Shown here one piece after another: positions 45,605-53,086 of a stretch of 64,000 nt of DNA (positions are counted from its first letter, which is position 1; each line of letters opens with the position of its first letter). Source of the stretch: Saccharofermentanales bacterium. Lineage in GTDB: Bacteria; Bacillota; Clostridia; Saccharofermentanales; DTU023. The stretch is taken from assembly GCA_050951925.1 (NCBI GenBank), contig JBMNJZ010000001.1:1427015-1491014 (forward strand), read 5' to 3'. The position numbers were made by a program, and so were the translations under genes. The notes beneath the pieces were generated by a model, which worked only from the letters and a program-made list of their open reading frames with translations, was not told the DNA's origin and searched no databases.

Positions 45605-47203
45605 TTAGTTGTAGTAGTAGTTGTCGCAATACTCGATGACAAAATGTGCGTCTTGCAACTGTTCATCAGCCAGCTCTCTCATATCTGATGAGATAATCAG
45701 GCGTCGCAGAGACTGAAGTTGCTGAACAGGAGTCAGGTCGCTTAGATTCTGACAGAAATGTATGTCCAGAATATCTATACCCTCAAAGAGCTCCAAGCCA
45801 TCCAAAGAGGATACTGTACTCCAGCCTAAACTTAGTACACCACCGAGATTGATAACAATACCGCTCAATTCCCGCAAAGAGTCTATTTGCAGGCCTTGCC
45901 ATGAAAACTCACGGATGGGTTTTCCTTCTATATATGGCAATACGGCCTGCAATTCATCCTGATCAACAAAAAGCTTATCAAAACTCTCTATATCGCCAAG
46001 CGAAGAATACTCATCTATCTGCGTCTCCCTGATATCAAGATGGATGTATGGAAGAGTATTAAGAGCGGGAAGCTTGCTAACCGGGGCAGCGTTTATAATA
46101 AGGCAGTTCAGCTTATTTGCCGTACTCAGCGCTGAAATGTCCCTCACATTGGTAGCACCTATGTTCAGGTGCTCAAGCTTTGATAGCCTTTCGACACCCG
46201 AAATGTCGGAGACGTAAGTCGCATCCAACATAACGAACACAAGATTTTGGCAGTCCCACAGCGGCGAGGGATCGGTAATATCTGTGGCGGTAAGGAAGAT
46301 GGCTTCCAGATTGCTGAGTGCCCCTATTCCCTCTATAGAAGAAATGGGGTTGGCGCTCAGGTCGAGATAGCTAAGTTTTTTCAAGCAAAACAAGGGTGAA
46401 ATATCGGTAATTTGGTTGCCGCAGATGCAAAGGTATTCCAAATTGGGCATATACGAGAAGATTTCAAGATCTTCGGAAGTCAGGCTGCCCACCGGGACAG
46501 GTCCTTGAACTTCCATATTGTCGTTTACGCTCATACCAAATTGAACAGCACTACGATCGCTGAACTCATACCAGCCGTGAACAAGACTGCCGTATGCCCG
46601 GTCTCCCACAATATAGAGTTCCGTAATGCTCTCTAAATCTTCTCTGGTCAAGCCCCAGCGCTGTGCCGCATTCTCGAGCGCCTTGGCGGGAGCAATAAGC
46701 AGAGGATTCACAACAGCAAAGAACAAAATTACTGCAGCTACAATTGGCGCCGTCACCATTGTGATGGCACGATTGCGCTGATATTTCTTCTGGGCCTTGG
46801 TTACGGCCATATCTCGGAAAATGAAAGCTTCTTTCAGCTTGGAGACAAAAGCCTCGTCCATGTTGTCCGCGAACAGCGCCTGCTGGCTGCCGAGCTGCAT
46901 GGTGCTCCAAGGCGTAGAGGGGATATCTTCCAAATATACACTGAGTATTTTCTGTCCGCGGGCAACAGCCGTATCCACTATGGAGCGAAAGCGTTCGCTT
47001 GCGGAGAACTCCGCCGTAACGAATAGCAGCACGCCGAAGGCCCGTTGCAAGCGCCCTTTTTCGCGGCGGTCGAAGCGGTCCGCGTACCAGAATTGTGCGC
47101 CATCTACGGCCAAAGTTTCCAGCACCGGAAGAATCTGTTCCTCTTGTTCCCGCGGGAATGCAACATAGATATAGGGTCTGTCATTTTTGCAGTAGCGTTC
47201 CAT
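45605..47203 (-). CDS. TIR-like domain - single TM - leucine-rich-repeat (internalin-type, 22-aa period) ectodomain
   Basis: N-terminus: PYIYVAFPREQEE...QFWYADRF...VLLFVTAEFSASERF. TM at aa 146-171, preceded by KAQKKYQRNR. From aa ~252 there are at least 7 consecutive 22-residue repeats of L..L..L.L....I.DISPL type. SD is AGGAGGGAATC. Confidence 0.7.
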   Translation of the reverse strand: MERYCKNDRPYIYVAFPREQEEQILPVLETLAVDGAQFWYADRFDRREKGRLQRAFGVLLFVTAEFSASERFRSIVDTAVARGQKILSVYLEDIPSTPWSTMQLGSQQALFADNMDEAFVSKLKEAFIFRDMAVTKAQKKYQRNRAITMVTAPIVAAVILFFAVVNPLLIAPAKALENAAQRWGLTREDLESITELYIVGDRAYGSLVHGWYEFSDRSAVQFGMSVNDNMEVQGPVPVGSLTSEDLEIFSYMPNLEYLCICGNQITDISPLFCLKKLSYLDLSANPISSIEGIGALSNLEAIFLTATDITDPSPLWDCQNLVFVMLDATYVSDISGVERLSKLEHLNIGATNVRDISALSTANKLNCLIINAAPVSKLPALNTLPYIHLDIRETQIDEYSSLGDIESFDKLFVDQDELQAVLPYIEGKPIREFSWQGLQIDSLRELSGIVINLGGVLSLGWSTVSSLDGLELFEGIDILDIHFCQNLSDLTPVQQLQSLRRLIISSDMRELADEQLQDAHFVIEYCDNYYYN

Positions 47204-47247
47204 GATTCCCTCCTGAGTTGTTGCGATATATGATTACAAAATTGGCA

Positions 47248-47282
47248 GTATGATATTATCATACATGCTTTCTGTCTTACAA
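47248..47282 (-). promoter_or_regulatory. Predicted promoter of the island operon with an overlapping perfect palindrome (operator candidate)
   Basis: Minus strand: TTGTAA (47282-47277), 18 nt, TG-n-TAATAT (47258-47253). The 17-nt palindrome GTATGATA-N-TATCATAC (47248-47264) covers the -10. Confidence 0.45.
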
Positions 47283-47550
47283 TTTACTACTTCCCGGCCG
47301 GTTTGTCTTAAGAAAAAAGCGGCGAGCCGAACGATTGCACATAAAAAGCTCATATACCAGTTTTATCCCATGAACCCAAATTGAATAAGATTCGCATTGG
47401 ATGAGAGAATATGAAAGACGTAGATAACCTAAATGAGATATGAGCATCTTGTCATACAGAATAAAAAGTGTTCTTATTTAGATGAACTACAACATGAAGC
47501 AAACACTTGCAAAATGATCACTCTGGCCAAGAAAGAAACGAGGTAATAAA

Positions 47551-48129
47551 ATGAAAAAGTTAAGCTGTTTGATTGCTCTGTTGCTTGCCTTCTTCATGCT
47601 CCTGCCTTTTACAGGCTGCAAGCAAAATTCGCCTGCAGGATCAGATAACAAGGTATCCGGTTCACCTGCCGCAAACGATTCTTCCATCGTATCCGAACCG
47701 AAGGATAGTTCTGAGCCGGCGCTTCCGGCGGAACCGTCCTTTGTCAAGCACAATTCCATTCAATCCGCACTTCCGTCACCTGGAGATGCCACAGTAACAA
47801 TGACCGGCGACGAGACTATTGATCTGACCGGCATCCCGCTTGCGGGGCGCAAGGAAATCATTTTGGACGGCCACATACTGACATTGACTGGAGCTTACGG
47901 TATTTCAGCGGATGCAGTTTTGGATATCAAGCCGGGCAATGGCACAAACGGAGGTACGCTTAACATGGCGGGTATGACATTTGACTTCGGCTTCCTTGAC
48001 GGAGAGCTTCCTCCCGAAAAGGCACTCGTGGAGATACGCCCCGGCGTAACGATAGTCGAACCGGAATACCCGGAAGGTGTCAGCATAAGGGAGTTCCCGG
48101 GCGTATTGACAGTCATTCAATGTGATTAA
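47551..48129 (+). CDS. Predicted secreted lipoprotein of unknown function
   Basis: Signal peptide with lipobox LPFTGC, Ser/Pro-rich linker, small Gly/Thr-rich C-terminal domain. Divergent from the TIR operon. Confidence 0.6.
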   Translation: MKKLSCLIALLLAFFMLLPFTGCKQNSPAGSDNKVSGSPAANDSSIVSEPKDSSEPALPAEPSFVKHNSIQSALPSPGDATVTMTGDETIDLTGIPLAGRKEIILDGHILTLTGAYGISADAVLDIKPGNGTNGGTLNMAGMTFDFGFLDGELPPEKALVEIRPGVTIVEPEYPEGVSIREFPGVLTVIQCD

Positions 48130-48161
48130 GTATATAGATAGATCAATAATTTATACATTTG

Positions 48162-48200
48162 GAGTCGTCGGGTCGTCGAACCAGACGACTCTTTTGTATT
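48162..48200 (+). terminator. Intrinsic terminator after the lipoprotein gene
   Basis: GAGTCGTC-(14 nt)-GACGACTC followed by TTTTGTATT. Confidence 0.65.
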
Positions 48201-48315
48201 AGACTGCTTTCTTTATTAGCCAATACAATTATAGTTCTCTGCCAGTAAATTCATTGACTTGAGTAGTTTATTTGGCTCTGTACTGCTCAACATTCAGATA
48301 TAATGTTCACAGTGC

Positions 48316-50844
48316 TTGAAAGGAAGAATCACCTTGGCTGCTAAAGATACATTGCTTGTCAGCAAAATCTCGGTTCGCCAACTGGTTGCCGGCGCAAGAA
48401 AAACCGGCAGCCTGACCAACCCCAGCTATAGCTCCGCCCGGGCCGCGGATGGTATTAAAGCACATAAGAAATTTGTCAATTTGATGGCGGAACAAATTGA
48501 TAATCCTGATCTGTTCAGCGAATTTTCTTTAGAAACATCTTTTACCACAGAAATTTGCGGTTTGCAGTATCGATTGGAGATCTCAGGTCGTTGCGACCTC
48601 TGGTACCCGGACCGGGATGGTCCATGCCTAATTGAGATCAAAAGTTATCGCGGACAAGAGCGTGCTGAGAATGAGTCCGGGAATTCATTGCACTGGGCTC
48701 AGGCGGAAACTTATGCTTATATGCTCCTGCAAAAAGTTCCTGCCCTGCAAAACTGCAGAAAGATACGTGTCTGTTTAGCTTATGTTGCAGTAGATAGCAA
48801 TGATTATTATTTAATCGAACGAGCATTCGATTCGCCCGCTCTGAAGAAAAAATTCACAGATCTCTGTACCGGCTGGCTGCAAAATACTGTCAGCCTGATA
48901 GATTACCGGAAGACTAGAAATCTTGTGAATGCTGCTGGGGGCTTCCCCTATGACAATCTGCGTGAAGGCCAACGCTTTTTTATGCGGCAGGCAATTGCGG
49001 CTATGCGCGATCGCAGCACTTTATTTGCCCAAGCTGCTACAGGCAGTGGCAAAACAATGGCGGTAGTTTATCCTGCGTTAAAAGCGCAGGCAGCCGGACT
49101 CGGTTCAGTCATCTTCTATCTGACAAATATGTCGTCAACGAAATTGATAGCAGAACAGGCTATTGCCGATTTAAGACAGAATGGCTTTCTGGTACGCAGT
49201 CTCACTTTGACTGCCAAAGAAAAAATTTGTCTGCAACCAGATCTCTACTGCGAAATGAAGATTTGCCCTTATGCTCAGGACTATTATGAAAGATTGCCCT
49301 CCGCTCTCCTGGAGCTGGCATCCATAAAAATGGCGGATCACGATACGATTATAGAGATTGCGCAGAAGCATAGACTGTGTCCTTTTGAGTTGCAGCTGGA
49401 CTTTTCTGAATGGTGCGACATTGTGATCGGCGACTACAATTATCTTTTTGATCCTCGCGTTTATCTGAGCAGATTTTTTGCCGACGACAATAAGGATGCG
49501 CATATTATCCTGATCGATGAAGCCCATAATTTGCCGGCAAGGTCACGACAGATGTACAGCTCCTTCCTGGAGCTTTCCGCTTTACGCCGAGTTGAGCAAC
49601 TGCTGTCGGCACCTGACATCGCCGATCTGGGACCCACTAAACATGCTTTGAACCGCCTTCGTCAAATAATTGGCTGTTTAGATGGGCTTCTGCCTTATTT
49701 GCGCGACCTTGGATTGCAGTTCGCGGATCAAAATTTATTGGGTACGAAAATTAACCAACAGGAACTGCTGCGCACGGAACGGTTCATTGGAGCCAGAAAA
49801 CCTTTGGCGAATTTTATCAGCAATATAGGTTCTTTAGTCTATGCTTTAGGGCAGTTTCTGGATTGCTTCCCGGAATGGGAGTCGCGGCGTACCGTGCTGG
49901 AACTTTGGTTTGAGCTGAATTTTTTCCTGCGCGTAGCTGAATCCTACTATGACAAAAACTATATCACTATGATCCGTCAAACTGCACCAGACGATCTGAC
50001 GATCGGCTTGCTATGTCTGGATGCGGCCAAAAGTCTTACAAACAGATATTATCGACGCTATCCGATAATCTTTTTCTCTGCGACTTTGAGTCCTGCCTCT
50101 TACTACCAGAGGTTGCTATATTCTTATATGACAGAAAATCCACCGGATTTTCTTCAGCTCGCTTCGCCCTTCGCGTCGCGAAACAGATTTGTGCTTACAG
50201 TTGATCATTATTCTGTTCGCTATCAAGATAGAGCAAATACTCTTTTCCCTATTTTGCGTTTAATTTACCAAGCGGTTCAAATCAGACCAGGACATTATCT
50301 CGTATTTTGCCCGTCATTTGTTTATTTGCGGCAAGTAGCTCAGGCACTGAAACAAATTAACATCTCAGAGGAATGGCAAATTATGATCCAGAAACCTAAA
50401 CTCAGCGAGCAAGAAAAAAACAAATGGTTGGATCGCTTCCGCAACACAGGCGGTAAACCACTATTAGCTTTTGCCTGTCTCGGCAGTATTTTTAGCGAAG
50501 GGATTGATCTAATCGGAGAGCAATTAATTGGCGTGTTTGTTATTGGCACCGGTCTGCCCCGTCCCTCACCGGAACGTGAGCTGATGCGCCAATATTACGA
50601 GCAGGAATTCGGCAGTGGTTTTCACTTTGCCTATACTTTCCCCGGTTTTAATCGGGTTATGCAGGCTGCCGGCCGGCTAATCCGCCATGAGGACGACCGG
50701 GGAATAATCATTCTGATTGATGATCGCTATTCACGTGAAGATTATCGGGAAATTATCCCGACTGACTGGTTGGCGCAATCTGTTCATGATGATGAGGAAA
50801 CATTAGCCTTGATCACAGAATTCTGGGACTGTCAATTGACCTAA
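48316..50844 (+). CDS. DinG/XPD-family (Rad3-like) SF2 helicase with an N-terminal PD-(D/E)xK RecB/Cas4-like nuclease domain
   Basis: N-terminus has GRCD...IEIKS plus QAETYAY (the D/ExK and QxxxY motifs). Then Walker A AATGSGKT, four Cys (CLQPDLYCEMKICP...LCPFE, FeS-type), DEAHNL box and C-terminal helicase motifs (QAAGRLIR). Start is uncertain: TTG at 48316 or TTG at 48334. Confidence 0.75.
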   Translation: MKGRITLAAKDTLLVSKISVRQLVAGARKTGSLTNPSYSSARAADGIKAHKKFVNLMAEQIDNPDLFSEFSLETSFTTEICGLQYRLEISGRCDLWYPDRDGPCLIEIKSYRGQERAENESGNSLHWAQAETYAYMLLQKVPALQNCRKIRVCLAYVAVDSNDYYLIERAFDSPALKKKFTDLCTGWLQNTVSLIDYRKTRNLVNAAGGFPYDNLREGQRFFMRQAIAAMRDRSTLFAQAATGSGKTMAVVYPALKAQAAGLGSVIFYLTNMSSTKLIAEQAIADLRQNGFLVRSLTLTAKEKICLQPDLYCEMKICPYAQDYYERLPSALLELASIKMADHDTIIEIAQKHRLCPFELQLDFSEWCDIVIGDYNYLFDPRVYLSRFFADDNKDAHIILIDEAHNLPARSRQMYSSFLELSALRRVEQLLSAPDIADLGPTKHALNRLRQIIGCLDGLLPYLRDLGLQFADQNLLGTKINQQELLRTERFIGARKPLANFISNIGSLVYALGQFLDCFPEWESRRTVLELWFELNFFLRVAESYYDKNYITMIRQTAPDDLTIGLLCLDAAKSLTNRYYRRYPIIFFSATLSPASYYQRLLYSYMTENPPDFLQLASPFASRNRFVLTVDHYSVRYQDRANTLFPILRLIYQAVQIRPGHYLVFCPSFVYLRQVAQALKQINISEEWQIMIQKPKLSEQEKNKWLDRFRNTGGKPLLAFACLGSIFSEGIDLIGEQLIGVFVIGTGLPRPSPERELMRQYYEQEFGSGFHFAYTFPGFNRVMQAAGRLIRHEDDRGIIILIDDRYSREDYREIIPTDWLAQSVHDDEETLALITEFWDCQLT

Positions 50845-50885
50845 TACTCTGAGTTCGTTCAGAGGCTCCCTTAAAAACAGAAATT

Positions 50886-51656
50886 TTAATCCCTATTGTT
50901 GTCAGAATTTATTATCGTTTCAAAGCTATCCATCAACTTGAGGCGAGTATATTGTTTTTCCAGTTTTTCAGTCAAATAAAGATCGATAAATGACAGCAGT
51001 TCTGACCGAACCCGATTGCTGATTTTAAAATTAAACAAAATCTTGTAATCAGCCTGCACTATATATAGCAATGAAGCTATAGCCGGTTGCGATAGATAGA
51101 TGCAAGCTTCCTGATTAATCTGTTCCTTGCTGCAGACTAAGCCTGAGTCAGGAAAACTAAAACAGCCCCTCTGATCAATCTCGGCATGGCAGCATATGCA
51201 ATCATTAAGCCAAGGGGCATAGCCTAGATCTGAAATCAAACGAAATGCTGCAATTTGAGCAACAATAGCCGGATCATCACTGTGGCACAACTCATGCAGG
51301 GTATATCCCCAGAGCTTATAGGCAGCAGGCTCAGCAACACCTTGTACCAGAGAATCAATAGTCACCTGGCTAAGATGAGCTGCCGCAGTAAGCTTGGCAA
51401 TATCTTGCTGGAGAGGGAGAAATGCTTCAATCAAATCACCGGCGTCAATCGTAATCCGATCTTTATAATAGAATATTTCATATTCTGCCAGTACAAACGG
51501 CATGGTAACAGCTTGCAATCGGCTTTTGCTGCTTGAGGCTCCATAGGCCATCGCGACCGACAAACCTTGCTGCTCGGAAAATAGATGAAGCAGTCTGTCT
51601 TTTTGTCCAAAAGGTACAGATTTTAATACGAACGCCTTAAAACTCTGATGTCTCAT
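50886..51656 (-). CDS. recO: DNA repair protein RecO
   Basis: OB-fold N-terminus typical of RecO, Cys-rich zinc motif (CICCHAEI...C..C), position upstream-adjacent to era. Confidence 0.75.
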   Translation of the reverse strand: MRHQSFKAFVLKSVPFGQKDRLLHLFSEQQGLSVAMAYGASSSKSRLQAVTMPFVLAEYEIFYYKDRITIDAGDLIEAFLPLQQDIAKLTAAAHLSQVTIDSLVQGVAEPAAYKLWGYTLHELCHSDDPAIVAQIAAFRLISDLGYAPWLNDCICCHAEIDQRGCFSFPDSGLVCSKEQINQEACIYLSQPAIASLLYIVQADYKILFNFKISNRVRSELLSFIDLYLTEKLEKQYTRLKLMDSFETIINSDNNRD

Positions 51657-53086
51657 GAAAAATGTTTGCTGTCAAAATCCAGCTCTTGTAAATGATGTGG
51701 TTTATTGCGCCAATCAGCCCTAACCTTGACAAATAAATATAAGTCTACAGGACAATCCGCCATCACTTCCAGCTCCTGACGTGCCTTGATACCGATACTC
51801 TTGATCATGTTGCCGCCTTTACCCAAGATAATTCTCTTATGGCTTTCTTTCTCTGTAAATACTGCGGCGCTGATTTTAATTCTTGTGCGTACGCCTGCAG
51901 AGTCAAATACTTCCTCGTACTCTTCAATCATTACAGCAATCCCATAGGGTAATTCCTCATGAAGACGATAGAGAATAGATTCGCGAATTAATTCCGCAGC
52001 TAACATCCTTTCAGTCTGGTCAGTATAATCACTTTCATCATAATATGGCTGAGAAACAGGTAATTTCTGCTTGATTTCTTGAATTAACAAGGACACGCCG
52101 TTACCATGTTTTGCAGACATTGGAATAATGGACGTGATCCCGTATTCTTGATTATACAGCGCAATTAAGGGCAGCAGATTTTCTTTCTTAGCGGCATCAG
52201 TTTTATTGATAACAACAATAATCGGTTTGCTCATTGCAACTGCTTTATCAAGAATATTCCGCTCTATCTTATCAATAAACGGTTTGAATCCCGCTTCAAT
52301 CATCAGGCAAATCACATCTGACTCTATAAAAGCCTGCTCAGAGGCCTGAAGCATATATTGACCTAATCTGTTAGTTGGTTTATGGACTCCGGGAGTATCC
52401 AAAAAAATGATCTGGGCTTCATTGTCAGTATAGACTCCCCTTATCATTTTCTGTGTAGTTTGAGGCTTAGGTGAAATAATAGAAACCTTTGTGCCGATCA
52501 AACGATTAAGCAGAGTGGATTTACCTACATTAGGCCTACCAATAATTGACACAAACCCTGACCTGAATCTTGGAAAATCTAATGTGCGCATTATCTCTTC
52601 TTGCAGAATAAACATCCTCTCAGCAGCAAAGCAATCTTTGTGATCATAGCCCAACAGATGTAAAGTTGCGTGCACTGTTAAAAAAAGTATTTCTTCCAGT
52701 AGGCTGTGATTATGTTCTGAAGCCTGCAAGGCCGCCTGTTCCGGACATATTACAATATCCCCTAAGTTCAGAAATTTAGAATTATCTATAACTTCTATAT
52801 CCCAAACCTGCACCGGCGCGGCCAGTCTCCCTTCAATCATTTGCAAGGCTGGGAATGACAACACATCTGTCACTTCGTTTATACGGCGAAATTGCTGGTT
52901 TAAACGGCGGATTTCTTCACTGTCAGTTAACAGGATCGAAAGCTTAGGAATCAGACACATTCTTTCAAGCTCTCCGGCAAAATCAAAAGAGCTGATCGTC
53001 ACAGTGACAGCGGACTTAATGTCAGATTCGATTTCGACATCGATTAAATCTGTGAAATTGTTCCCAATCTGAACAATCATGGGCAC
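51653..53086 (-). CDS. era: YbeY endoribonuclease fused to GTPase Era
   Basis: The N-terminal ~165 aa carry the YbeY zinc motif HATLHLLGYDH. The remainder is Era: G1 GRPNVGKST, G3 DTPG, G4 NKTD and the C-terminal KH domain. Confidence 0.85.
   Translation of the reverse strand: MPMIVQIGNNFTDLIDVEIESDIKSAVTVTISSFDFAGELERMCLIPKLSILLTDSEEIRRLNQQFRRINEVTDVLSFPALQMIEGRLAAPVQVWDIEVIDNSKFLNLGDIVICPEQAALQASEHNHSLLEEILFLTVHATLHLLGYDHKDCFAAERMFILQEEIMRTLDFPRFRSGFVSIIGRPNVGKSTLLNRLIGTKVSIISPKPQTTQKMIRGVYTDNEAQIIFLDTPGVHKPTNRLGQYMLQASEQAFIESDVICLMIEAGFKPFIDKIERNILDKAVAMSKPIIVVINKTDAAKKENLLPLIALYNQEYGITSIIPMSAKHGNGVSLLIQEIKQKLPVSQPYYDESDYTDQTERMLAAELIRESILYRLHEELPYGIAVMIEEYEEVFDSAGVRTRIKISAAVFTEKESHKRIILGKGGNMIKSIGIKARQELEVMADCPVDLYLFVKVRADWRNKPHHLQELDFDSKHFS

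Larger units (their letters stand above)
39963..48200. other. Accessory genomic island between tRNA-Leu and the nuclease-helicase gene
   Basis: Lies directly downstream of a tRNA gene. The content is non-housekeeping, and the region looks more GC-rich than its flanks on spot counts of single 60-nt lines. No integrase or att repeat was detected. Confidence 0.55.

Noticed and set aside
47204-48310. Direct repeat of the tRNA-Leu 3' end (att site) or an integrase remnant at the distal island border
   Set aside because: I found no copy of the ...GTTCAAGTCCTGTTTTCCGCACCA segment and no recombinase-like ORF. The region therefore cannot be called an integrative mobile element.
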